From NCBI GenBank assembly GCA_009914755.4, contig CP086569.2:3424001-3488000 (forward strand): DNA of 64,000 nucleotides, in the 5' to 3' direction. This DNA is from the human T2T-CHM13v2.0 reference genome, Homo sapiens. Shown piece after piece: positions 38,399 to 50,289 of this stretch (position 1 is the first letter of the stretch; each line of letters starts with the position of its first letter). Both the position numbers and the translations under genes were made by a program. Below the pieces are notes generated by a model. That model worked only from the letters and a program-made list of their open reading frames with translations, did not search any database and was not told where the DNA came from.

Positions 38399-40300
38399 AA
38401 TATAAAAGAAAGTGGGGCATTTTTGGTTATCTGGCTGTTTCCTGCTGAATAACGGCACTGTAATCAGGGTTTGGGTTTTGAAGTAGTGGATGTCTGACTT
38501 CAGAGTTGTTTTCCTGGAGGTGCTGACACCAGACTTGGCGGAGGAGAAAGATGGTATCAATTGTTTTTGGGTGGCTGCCTAGACAAGGGAGTTCAGCCTT
38601 TGGGAGATAAAGTAGAATATGAAGGCGATTATACATGGACCGATTGTTATTATTATGAGGAAGAAAATCAGGGGCCCTAAGAAAGGGGGATTCACTTTAG
38701 GAGGAATGACTCCTGCCACTAAGAGTCAGTGTCATGATGTTGGATTTCTGCAGCCGTTATGGAGTCTGTGGGCTGTGCAGTTAACAATGCCAGATTCATT
38801 AACCTAAAAACAGATTCTTCTTGGAGATATACTTATGTACCCCCCCCCTTCTCAGCAGATAGCAGGTTTAAGGCCCTTTGGTTTTGGAAGATGACTCCCA
38901 CAAGGAAATTTATCTGCCTTTGGAGTCTCGTAATGGAATTATACATGTCCTTTAGGGTATTATAGAGGACTGTAGATATTTTTTTATAGGGCAGTTGAGG
39001 TTGATATATTTGCTATTCTGGTAGCAAGTGCAGAGGAGATGTGTATTCCTGTTTCCAGAGGAATGAGATGTAGAAACCACATAGTGCATGTGGAGGAAGA
39101 TGAGACAGAAGTTACTAAAGGAACCTGGATGGGCTGGTTGTTTGGCAAAATGTTAATGTTTGGAGATTGACAAACCAGGGTGCACATTCCTGACCCACCT
39201 GCCAGTAAGCAAGATAAGAGTTTGTGTCACCCAGAAAAGACTGGAGGTTGACAGGCAAAAGTTGTAAGTGAAGGTAGCAAGCCATGAGAAGGTGGCAGTT
39301 GAATCCTGGAAAAAATTTTTGTCTCAACCTTTTTGTTTTTTCTAGGTTGAATAGCTGTTAACAACAGTAGCCACTATGAGAGCCTGATAGGGAATGTTGG
39401 TGGAGAAGGAGGTGAAGGCTGTTTGGCTTTGTAGAGAGAGAGATAAAAGAGCTTTTTAACTAATAGCCATTGCAGTCCTGATAGGGCAGAAGGATGTAGG
39501 CTGCAGTTGAGGGAATTGTTTGTGCATTTCTTTCAGAGTGTCTGTGAGTTGGATACATGGAGAGCAGCTGCAGCAGAGAGGGGAGAGATTGGTAAGGGGC
39601 GTTTTATGGAATCCGGCTTGTAACATGTTTAATTTAGAGGCCATGAGGCAAAGGAGGGTGACAGCCCTGTGCGTGATGCTGTGGGTGGATTTGCGGGAAT
39701 CGCGTTTAGCCAAGCAAGATTATAAACAGGTTTTGGGAATGGATTGGCTGAGTAGGTGAGATTCGGATTTATTTTTGGATCAGATTTATGCAGTTAGGTT
39801 AACCGGAGGGCTGTGAACTGCTGGATTTGTGTCAACAACAAATTTAACAGTTGGAAGAAAGAAGGGAGTGTGACTGATTTAAGAGGGGATGTGTGAGGCT
39901 GACAAAGGGGGCCCAACTGCCAGAGGTTGGGAGTGGGGACTTACAGTATCCCACAGACAAAGAGGACAAAAGGAGAAAAAGGAGATTTGAGTAGGAGTGA
40001 AATTTTGGAATGTGTCCTGCAGCCATAGCTCCCAGATTATTGTGAGAAATTGGAGTGGACTCTCCAGGGACATGGGAAAGGGATACCAGGAAAGATCTGA
40101 AACAAGGTATGAGATAATAGATTTGAAATTAAAGGCAGAGAATGTTATGGATCAAGGCCTTCTGGATTGGCAACTTCTGGAATTTCTGTTGAGTGCAGAG
40201 AGGTTGGTCCTGTGAGAGAGGGAGAATAATTTGGTGGGGGCGGGGGGGTGGGGGGGGAGGAAATTTCTGGATGTGGATCTGGTTCTCTTTTTAGTTTGGA
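38399..40300 (-). pseudogene. ERV env remnant (disrupted)
   Basis: It lies between integrase and the 3' LTR. Only short ORFs remain (e.g. 38427-38636 with ...DTIFLLRQVWCQHLQENN..., a possible TM ectodomain remnant). The assignment is positional. Confidence 0.4.
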
Positions 40301-43300
40301 ATGATGTATCCAGTGTGGAAGGGATGTTAGCTTTGTTGTTGTGGGATTAGCTAGGATAACCTGGTGAGGACCCGTACACTTAGGTTGGAGAGGGGAGGAG
40401 GAAGAGTCTGCGATCCAGACCCAGTCCCCTGGTTGTAGGGAGAGGGAGGGGTATTTCGAGGATGGACTTTCAGGCTAGGGCAAGTAAACATTTGCATACT
40501 GTCTTATTAGATGTTGAGTGAAGTGTAGTGCTGGCCAAGTATCTGGTACAGAAGGGGAAGAAGAGACAGGGAGATTCTGGAGGATAAAGGAGTGTTTGTA
40601 CCTGAGTTTAAATGGGCTTAGGATGAGGGGCTTTTGGGGAATGGCTTGCAAGGGCATGAGGGCCAATAGGAGAAGTGAAGTCCAGCCATTTTAACCTCTA
40701 GAGAATCTGGTTAGTTGTTGTTTCAAAAGGGCATTGGTCCATTTAACTTCTCCTGAAGATTGGGGGCAATAAGGAATATGGAACGCTATTTAATGTTTAG
40801 AGCCTTCGCCAGCTGTTGGTTAATCTGTGAAACAAATGTTGGCCTAATGGAAGAGGGGAGTTTAAACTGGGAGATAATATGGGTGAGAAGAATGGAAGTG
40901 ACAGTGTGTGCCTTTTTGGTGGTGGTAGGAAAAGTTTCTATCCATCCAGAGAATGTATCTATTATTGTCAGAAGGTATCAGACTCGTTTTATAGGAGGCA
41001 TGTGTGTGAAGTTGATTTCCCAGTCCTGCCCTGGCAGGTGTCCTTGAGCTTGGTGTGTGGGGAAGGGAGGTGATTTGATACCTTCTTGAGGAGAAGTCTG
41101 AGTGCAAAGGGAACACGCGTTAGTAATATTTTTGTGATTGGCGGCCATGATGGGAGAATATATATAAGTTTTTAAAAGCTGGAGTAGGTGGCAGTAAACC
41201 ACATGGAAATGGTTGTGCGTATATGAAAGTACAGAAGGTTTCTGGGAATTGGGCAAGACAATTTGTCATTGAGGTAGAACCATTTTTTCCTGAACAACAC
41301 CAGCCTGGGCAAATGAGGTTTGTTTCTCCTGGGTATATATAGGGTGTATGCTGGGAAAAATGGGCAATAATAATGGGGTTTTAAAGGCTGCCTGCTGGGG
41401 TGCTGAATTTGTTAAAAAGTTTCCCGTGGTTATGGCATCTGTAGCCTTTTGGTGTTCCTTACAATAGAAAATGGCAGCCTGTGGTGGTAGTTTAGCCGCC
41501 TCCAGCAACTTGTAAATGAGTTTGTTATTTCCTATGGGGGTACCTTTTGTGGTTAGAAAACCCCTTTCCTGCCAGATTAAGACATGAGAGTGTAGGATGT
41601 GATATGCATATTTGGAATTGGTGTAACTGTTAAGCCTTCTTCCCTTGCTAGGGTTAGGGCCTTGGTTAATGCAACTAGCTCCACCTGTGAGAGGTAGTAT
41701 GGCGTGTGAGAGCATTGGATTTTATGAGTGAGAGAGCTCAGACTTGGAGATGTTTACAGGGAAGAGGGTGGCTGGGTTGAGAGCTTTACATCTCTGGAAG
41801 GTGATTAGAGGGTTTCCTATGAATAAGGCGTGTACCTGCAGTAAGCGGGATGGTGGGAAGCATAGAAGGCATTGATGGCTCATGAGTTCCTGTAGGTTAT
41901 GGGAAGATGCAATAGTAATGTTGTTGGTAGAGAGTGAGTTTCTGTGCCTCTGAGGCAAACAATGTGGCCACACTCAAGATTTTTAAGCGGGGCGGCCAGC
42001 CTTGGATGACATAATTCAGTAGTTTTGAGAGGTATGCAGTGGCTGTATGTTTGGCAAAGTAGTCCAAGAACAAGGTCTTAGTTAGAATATACATACAGAG
42101 TAAGGGCTTGGTGCGGTTGGGCAGTCCCAGTGCTGGGGCTACAAAAAGGGCATTTTTAATTTTTTTTACAGTTGTAGTTGATGGGGCAAGCTGAATCAAG
42201 GGGTTTTGTAATGGGTCTATGTGAGGCTGTGTAGAGCAGCTTGGCCAGTATGTCGAAATTGGGAATCCACAGCCAGAAGTATCCCATAAGGCCCAAGAAG
42301 GAGAGGAAGTGCTTCTTTGTGTGGGGAAGGGGTATGTCCCAAATTAGCTCCTTTTGTTGGGTTCGGATGGCCCGAGAATTAGGGGTTAGGGCAAGTCCAA
42401 GGTAAGTGACCTGGGTTTGGGCTACCTGAAATTTTGTGGGTGAGACCCCATATCCTTGACTATGGAGGAAGTTTAAAAGCTGAGTGGTGTATAAGATGGA
42501 CAGGTGAAGGGAGGGGCTACAGAGAAGGAGGTTATTGATGTATTGGAGGAGGGTGCTAGAGGCAAGGGGAAATTTAGTTAGGCCCTTGGTGAGGGCCTGC
42601 CTGAATAGGTGGGGACTATCCTGAAACCCCTGTGGGAGTACAGTCCATGTTAGTTGGGTGGACATGTGAGTATAAGGATTTGACCAAGTGAAAGCAAAAA
42701 GGCTTTGGGGTGCCAGATTTAAGGGAATAATGAAAAAAGTGTTCTTTGGTTCTAATACAGAGAAGTGTGTGATAGATGGAGGAATAAGGGAGAGTAAATA
42801 TATGGGTTGGGGACAACCAGATGAATTGGCACCACCACCTGATTAACAACTCAGAGATCCTGGACCAAGCAGTAGGACTCATCTGTCTTTTTGACAGCCA
42901 AGATAGGGGTGTTGTGAGGAGAGTTGACAGGCTTGAGAATTTGAGCTTGTAAAAGTTTACAGATGATAGGTTTAAGGTCCCAGAGGCTGGCTGGGTTAAG
43001 GGAATATTGAGACTGATGAAAAAAACATGGAAGGGTTTTGGAGGGTTATTTTGACTGGGATGTGATGTGTGGCTATTGTGGGTTTAGAAACATTTTACAC
43101 TTCAGGGTTAACAGAAGCTAACAGGGCAGATAATGAGGATGAGGGGGAGGAGAGGGAAGCATCTGCATGGCAGAGTAAAATAAAAAAGGTAGAATTGCAG
43201 GAGGCAAATTGTCTGGAGGCCTGGAACTTACTTAGTAGGTCTCACCCCCAAGATAGGGGAAGGGCACTGAGGGATAACCAGGAAGGAGTGGGTGAAGAGG

Positions 43301-43620
43301 GTGTTGAATAGGTTGCATTATAGAGGACCAGTCTGTTTGTGCCTAGAGGGGATTCCATTGACTCCCACAATAGAGATAGAAGAACTGAGGAGGGGTACAG
43401 AATATTCTGGTAAAACTGAGTAACTAGCCCCCATATCCAATAGGAAAGACATGGGCTTACTAGTGACTGACAGCGTTACCTTGGGTTCCGTGGTGGTGAT
43501 GGCAGTGGGGACAGTGGGGACAGTGGATTCCGGGCCCCAGCATTCTTCAGTTAGAGGTGATGAAGTGGGATGATGAGTTTTGCAGAGCACAGTCCGACTT
43601 CCAGTGTTCGTTGATGCCAT
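40300..43620 (-). pseudogene. ERV pro-pol remnant (protease, RT, RNase H, integrase) with frameshifts and stops
   Basis: Minus-strand ORFs at 43318-43620 (DTGA-like protease, FLLDMGASYSVL), 42156-42665 (RT with degenerated YXDD: LLQYINNLLL), 41266-41715 (RNase H/IN junction motif) and 40978-41256 (IN core start, PGQDWEINFTHMPP). Confidence 0.8.
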
Positions 43621-45453
43621 GGATGGGGTAAGGTTTTGAGAGTGGCCTGGGATTAGAGCAGGCTTTTGCCCAGTGACCCTGTTGGCTGCACTTCAAACAG
43701 GTTTCCGGCAGAGTTTGTGGTAAGGTTGAGGATTTCTGTATGCATTGGGAACCCTGTTGTTTGGCAGCTGCCAGCGGTTGGTATTTAGCTCGGTCTGTTT
43801 TAAGCTTTTGGGTTTTCAGTTTTTCCTCTCTATTGTTAAAGACCTTGAAGGTCACTTTGATTAAGTCTCTTTGGGAGATTTGAGGGCCATCCTCCAGTTA
43901 TATATTTATTTATTTATTTGATGTTTGGGGCTCACTGGGAAATGAAGTGAAAATGGAGATAGATTCTGCCCTTATTGGTATTAGGTCATAAAGTGGTAGA
44001 TTTAGTTACGGCCTCTGAAAGGTGGGAAAGGAAAAGAGCAGGAATGGCTTTATTTATGCCAGCTAGGAGGCATAATATGGCTAGAGATATCATATGGTCT
44101 TGTTTCTGTCTGCCTGCAAAATTTGCTTGATAATCCCAACTGGGATCAGTTCTGGGGGCACCTAGGGTCCTTACTGGGTTATGGGCAGCATCTTGTTGGT
44201 GGAAGGTGTTTGCATGGACCTGGGAGGCCATTCAGATGTGTTCCCTGTTTTCCGGGGTGAGGGTGGAGGAGAGGATGACATATATGTCATGCCAGGTAAG
44301 GTTATAAGATTGAGTGAAATGCAGAAATTCTTTGCAGGAAGAGGTGGGATCCGGGGAAAAGGAGCCTAGTCTCTTTTCAAGCTGAGAGAGGTTGGCTAGG
44401 GAGAAGGGAATGTGATTTCAGATTATGCTTTCCTCCCTGTCACCTCTTATAAAGGGAAGACTTTGGAGGGCCTTTGAGCATGTGCCTGGTTTTTGTCGGA
44501 AGGGGGTTGGGCATGAGACACGGTTTGTTGGCCGGGTTGAAATTAGAGGAGGAAGGCATGTCCAGGGGAAGAGGCATTTTTGTGGGTTTTTTGCTGAAGA
44601 GGAGGATTTGAAAAGGTTAACAGAATTAGCAGAGATAGAGAGCCACGAACAGAGATAAGCAAAGCACTTCGGATCATTTACCATTGCATTGGAAGTTTTT
44701 TAGGTTTTGTTGAATTTAGAAATAAATGTTTTGATTTTTGCCCATTGATTATTATTGTCCAATTTACATTGGGGCTAGGCAACATTACAGAGGAAAAGTA
44801 CAGAAGAAAGCAAGGCATTTGGTTTTAAGGAGTCCACTAAGCTCTGGGCTTGGAGAATTCAGATGAGACATGTAAGAGGAGTAAATAAGGTGTTCAGTTT
44901 TAATGGAGTCCTCTAAGCCCTGGGCCTGGAGGTTCCAGATGAGACATTCGAGAGTGGTGTCTCCAGGTGGTTTTAAAGAGCCTTGCCCCATACTGGTGAC
45001 TGGAAGGGTGAGAAATTTAGAGGAGGGGAGTGAGTACCCCATTCCTCCCTGGATAAGGGACATAGGAGAGCCAGGGCATCCCTGCAGATCTTTGCTGTCC
45101 CCTGGAGGCCAGAGTGGCCAGAGCAGCTGGAGCAGCAAGCTTTCTGAGGGCATCCCCTGAGAAAGTGGGCTGCGGTCACCTGGTGACCAGGGAGACCTCT
45201 CACCCAGCGCTGGGATTTTCTGGAACCAGAAGAAACAGAGAGGAATTCAGAAAAGAGGAAAGGGAAACTCATCCACTAATTGGAGACCAGTGTTGGATGT
45301 GATGTCCAACAATGGGATCAATCCTTGCTGGAGCTGCTTGGAAAGAGGAAGAAAGAAAAAGAGGACGGAGAGTTTGACCAGGGTCTGGAGGTTAGCCCAG
45401 GGCCAGAGAAGAAGAGAGAATAAGGCGAATGGGGCTGGGAACAGGGAGTCCAC
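43547..45453 (-). pseudogene. ERV gag remnant (MA/CA/NC), disrupted
   Basis: The NC CX2CX4HX4C knuckle is in ORF 43547-43855. The CA major-homology-like region is in ORF 43986-44231 (compare MLV [33 protein letters not shown]...PSAFLERLKEA). MA-region ORFs lie at 44785-45453. Confidence 0.75.
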
Positions 45454-45548
45454 TCTGGATCAGGAAGCAGGCCCGGGTCTAGTTTTTGCTGTTTGCTACT
45501 TTCCAGGTTACAAGAGAAGACTTACACCTTAGAACCCAATCCTCATAC

Positions 45549-45566
45549 CTGGTTTCAGCACCAAAA
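45549..45566 (-). promoter_or_regulatory. Primer binding site, tRNA-Phe-like (about 15/18 match)
   Basis: The provirus-sense sequence right after the 5' LTR CA is ttTGGTGCTGAAACCAGGTAtgagg. Compare PBS-Phe TGGTGCCGAAACCCGGGA (15/18). The match to PBS-His (TGGTGCCGTGACTCGGAT) or PBS-Lys/Pro is poorer. Confidence 0.55.
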
Positions 45567-46010
45567 TGTTAGGTTTTGAAGGGAAGGTGAGGGTTAAAGA
45601 AAGACACACACACAGAAAGAGCTTCACAGCAAATGCAGGCTTTATGTCCAGGATAAAACCTACAGAAGTGGGGGACCAGCCTATGTCAGTGCCCGCTGCT
45701 GCTTACAGGCTGGGGTAATTTCTAGGTATGGGCAGGAGGGGTCTGAGCAATATGGCTTGCTGCCTGGAAGGATATTGATAAGATGTCCCCATGATGAGGT
45801 GGTTCTGACCCTTGTTCCGGCAGAATGTGGTACTCCTTGTACTTTCTCCCAGCAGAATATGATAAGAGGCAGGCTCTTTCTTCAGTTGGGCCTTTGTCCA
45901 CCTTGTGGTCAGGTGGTTTATCAAGGCCCGAACCCCCATGAATTGTTTCACTTTGACCAAGGTCTGCAAAATAGCAGGGAGCTTACAAAATGGTGCAGTT
46001 AGGACTAACA
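45567..46010 (-). mobile_element. 5' LTR of the class I ERV provirus (444 bp)
   Basis: A second copy of the same LTR (tgttaggttttgaagggaaggtgagggttaaagaaagacacacacacagaaag...ggtgcagttaggactaaca). It differs from the 3' LTR by dozens of substitutions and a few indels. Confidence 0.85.
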
Positions 46011-46833
46011 TTGGGCATATATCCAAAGGACATAAAATCAGTATGTCAAAGAGATGTCTGTACTCCTATGTTCCTTGGAACATTATTCTCAATAGCCAAG
46101 ACATGGAAACAACCTAAGTGTGCATCAATTGATGAATAAATAAAGAAAATGTGGCGCACACACACATACTTACATTATTATCATATATGTTATTATATAA
46201 CAACATATTAGCTACAGTCACCATGCTGTAAAATAGATCCTCAGAACCTATTCATCTTACAACTGAAAGTTTGTGCCCTTTGATCAATATCCCCTCATTT
46301 TCTCCACACCATATATATAGAATATTATTCAGCCATAAAAAAGAATAAAATCCTGTCCTTTGTGACAACATGGATGAACCTGGAGGGCATAATGCTAGCG
46401 AAATAAGCCAGCCACAGAAAGCAAATACTGCATGATGTCAGTTATAAGTAGAATCTTACCAACTCAAACTCATAAAAATAGACAGTACAAGGGTAGTTAC
46501 TGGGGGTTGGGAGGTGGGGGAAATGGGGAGATGTTGATCAAATTGCACAAACTTTCAGTTATAGGATGATTAAGTTCTAAGGATTTATTATACAACATGT
46601 TGATTACGGTTGGTAATAATGTACTGTATACTAGAAATTTGCTAAGAGATAAGTATTTTCACCACACACACAAAAGGCATCTATGTGAATTAATGGGTAT
46701 ATTAATTAGCTTGATTATAGCAATCAATTCACAATGTATTGTGAATATCAAAACATCAAGTTGCACACCTTAAATATACACAAATTTTATTTGTCAATTA
46801 CACCTCAATTAAGGTGGAGAAAAATAAAAATAA
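46011..46833 (+). mobile_element. Old L1M, sense: 3' end segment 3 (ORF2 C-terminus, 3'UTR, A-rich tail)
   Basis: ttgggcatatatccaaaggacataaaatcag...cttggaacattattctcaatagccaagacatggaaacaacctaagtgtgcatcaattgatgaataaataaagaaaatgtgg...gaatattattcagccataaaaaagaataaaatcctgtcctttgtgacaacatggatgaacctggagggcat... ending ...aaggtggagaaaaataaaaataaa. Confidence 0.8.
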
Positions 46834-47325
46834 AGGGCTAAATCTTTTGGAAAAAGTATCTGAATCCTCTGGTTGCCTACAATTTTTTCAAAGTTGTCGT
46901 CTTTTGGTTTTAAAAGAACCCCTGATTTGCTAAGCTTGATAAACATGATTCCAGATGTCAAATTAGTTCTTATTTGCTCAGGAATTGGTACTTTTCTTTG
47001 GAGAAATAAATGTGAAAGAGACTTCTATAATTAGATATCACTTAAATTAATGTTATTTTAATCTATCTTGGACAAATCTTTCTTTATTGAAAAAGGAAAA
47101 TTTGTTATAGTACAACAAAGTGGCTCCCAAATACTCTTAGTGATGAAAGCTTTACTGGGGCAAAATGAGAGAAATAACACTGATACTTAAAAGGACACAC
47201 ATTTTTAGGTTAACTAGCTTTAGCTTGAATCCTGGGTCCATCACTTTTCAGTGGTATAGTATCACCTAATGCCTAGTAATAGCATAATCAATGTTGATAA
47301 TTATATGTACATAATTACATATATT

Positions 47326-47346
47326 TTATATATATATATATATATA
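47326..47346. repeat. (TA)n microsatellite
   Basis: atatatatatatatatatata. Confidence 0.9.
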
Positions 47347-47768
47347 AAATCACCATTGTGATTTTTGTTGGTTATGGTTATTCTAGGAAAAATTTTGTGT
47401 ACAAATGTTAAGAGTGCAGGCTCTGTACTCTGTCTGGCTTTGAGTACCAATTCTGCCACATGTAAGCTTTGTGATCTTGAGGAAGACACTCAATGTCCTT
47501 GAGCCTCTGTTTCCTTTTCCATAAAATGTTGATAGTAATCATCAGACTTCATACAGTAATAAGATTTAAATGAAATAATGAAAATGAAAATTTTAACTTA
47601 GTTCCCAGTACATTATAAATATTCAATATTAACTATTATTTCCTGGGGAAAACATTATATTTATCCTAGTCTTCGGTTCTTCTTACATTTGTGGTGGTCA
47701 TTCTTTTTGTCAAATCTGGAAATGTTATATGATGAAATTAAAATCTAAATCTGAACCCAGGAAAAACT

Positions 47769-48782
47769 ATATATATATATATACACACACACATATATAT
47801 AAACATATATATATACACTCACATATATATACATATACACATATGTACACATATATATACATATACACACATGTACACATATATATACATATACACACAT
47901 GTACACATATATACATATACACACATGTACACATATATACATATACACACATGTACACATATATACATATACACACATGTACACATATATACATATACAC
48001 ATATGTACACATATATACATATACACACATGTACACATATATACATATACACACATGTACACATATATACATATACACGCATGTACACATATATACATAT
48101 ACACGCATGTACACATATATACATATACACGCATGTACACATATATACATATACACATATGTACACATATATACATATACACATATGTACACACATATAC
48201 ATATATACACACATATGTATACATATGTACATATGTATACATATATACATATATACACATGTATACATATATACATATACACACATGTATACACATACAC
48301 ATATACACACATATACACATATATACACATATACACATATGCATATATACACATATACACATATACACATATATACATATATACACATATACACATATAC
48401 ACATATACACATATACACACACATATACACATATACACACACATATACACATATATACACATATACACATATACACATATACACATATATACATATATAC
48501 ATATATACATATATACACATATATACATATATACATATATGCATATATACATATATACATATATACACATATACATATATACACATATGTACACATATAC
48601 ATATATACATATATACATATATACATATACATGCATATATATACACATATATACATATATATGCATATATATACATATATACATATATATGCATATATAC
48701 ACATATATACATATATATGCATATATACATATATAGACATATATACATATATAGAGACATATATATATACATATATATATGA
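47769..48782. repeat. ~1 kb complex TA/CA-rich minisatellite: a 24-26 bp higher-order unit degenerating into (CATATATA)n-type repeats
   Basis: The unit acacatatatacatatacacacatgt repeats about 10 times (47860-48150). It then shifts to acatatatacacatatacac and to (atatac/atatgc) variants up to about 48782. The five long overlapping ORFs at 47729-48854 on both strands (Y/I/H/T- or C/V/Y/M-rich) are artefacts. Confidence 0.95.
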
Positions 48783-50289
48783 CATAACCTGAATTAAATG
48801 ACAGCGTGAAATAGAAAAGTTGAGGTATAGAAAGGCCAAAAGTTCAGGAGGCAATTGTCATTGAAGAGATAGTGTATTACTCACAGTTCTCAAAGGGAGG
48901 GGACAAGCTATGGAAGTGAGGGGCACAGGACAGCACTGGAGTTGGTCAGGAGACAGAGGGAGAAAGACTGTGAGAAGAGCCTTTTTGTGATTTGTGTGGG
49001 AAATGACAGATGACGCATGGTAAGCAGGCTGAGGACTGGCCCGTTTGAATACTTTCAGCAGGCTCTGGGGCATAGGGACTGTCTCTGTTGGTCTGGTGGC
49101 TGGCCATGGGGGTGCTTAGGGCAGGTGAATAGTGGTCTGGAGTATAAGAGCCTGATGAAAGAGATGGTTGGGATTGTGGGCTCTGGATTGGTTGGTTTGT
49201 ATTTAAAAAGCACAAACCTGAGAAGCAAACTGTTACTAAGGAGAGTCAACAAGGAAGATGGGGAGCCAGGGCAAGATGACATGAGCATATTATTTGGTTG
49301 CTCAGAACAAGGTATGCCTGGCATACGCATATAGGGCAGATGTTTAGCTTCAAATTTGTGAAATATGGAAATGCGGCTAATACACTCCCCCTACCCCAAA
49401 CTCGTAATGCTATTTCTTATTTGGTTGTTGGGTTGGTTTGATCACTGAAACCCAAGTATGAAATCAACCGCAAATGGTATCCTGCCATTTACTGGGTTGT
49501 TCTTAAAAATCAAACACATTTTAAGGTACATATTTATTTATTTGTTAAATGATTGTTGAATGCCTACTTATTTCGCCTGTATTTTTATTTGTTTTCTCAC
49601 TAAGTTTGAATGACAAGAAAAATTCAATTCTGAGAGAGTATTAGTCTTTACTTCTCTTTTGTCCTTCTTGTTGCCAAACACCTTTAACAACAATTATAAT
49701 GAAAGGCTTAAAGAATAGAATAAACCTTATGAGAAAAAGTATAACATAAAATAAGAAAAATAAATACCTCTCTTGTAACTGAAATATTTAATGGAAAAAT
49801 TTCTATTTAAGAAAAAAATGCAGGGAATGTTCAGACATATAAGATTTAAATATAAGGTTTAAATAACTTCTAAACCTTACAAATAATCACAAAACCATTA
49901 ATAAAAATCAGTCTAATCATAATATATTATTAAAGGGAACTTGAGGTAGTACCACACATTTGTAGTTGAGAACCAAAACACATATAGCTTACCGTCCACA
50001 TTAATATGTCTATATTTTTAGGCTGGTTTCACTAACATTACTTTACTATTTTAACTTTTTCCTAGGAAGAGAAGAGTTGTAAATAACTTTATTGTTACTT
50101 TCAAGAACTTTCCCCAAACTCACTGGAAACGGCTCAGTTTTTCAATGGATAACATCAAATAATAGTACCCTCTTTCAATCTCTGAGATGAAAATCCTCAT
50201 CTTACAGTGTCTCCTAACTCATAGCTATTACATAATCATTACCTAATCCTAATCAAGCCCTCACATTGAAGAAATCATCTTAAACCAAA

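Larger units (their letters stand above)
37928..46010 (-). mobile_element. Full-length class I (gammaretrovirus-like; HERV-F/H-clade-like) ERV provirus, ~8.1 kb, defective
   Basis: Two ~450-bp direct repeats of roughly 90% identity by eye (37928-38381 and 45567-46010), with sense termini TGTTAGTCC...CCTAACA. The flanking L1M sequence is interrupted at cttCTGGG / TTGGGcatatatccaaagga, a 5-bp TSD with one mismatch. A PBS lies next to the 5' LTR and a PPT next to the 3' LTR. Minus-strand ORF remnants run in the order gag CA (PRTDPSWDYQANFAGRQKQDHMISLAILCLLAGINKAIPALFLSHLSEA), NC zinc knuckle (CLKCSQQGHWAKAC), protease (FLLDMGASYSVL), RT (LTWTVLPQGFQDSPHLF...LLQYINNLLL...FLGLMGYFWLWIPNF), RNase H/IN junction (LLEAAKLPPQAAIFYCKEHQKATDAITTGNFLTNSAPQQAA), IN (PGQDWEINFTHMPP) and env. 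Confidence 0.85.

Noticed and set aside
47729-48854. Five overlapping ORFs of 297-369 aa on both strands
   Set aside because: They are translations of the TA/CA minisatellite (YIYTHTHIY.. or CVYMCIYV..). They are periodic and have no complexity.
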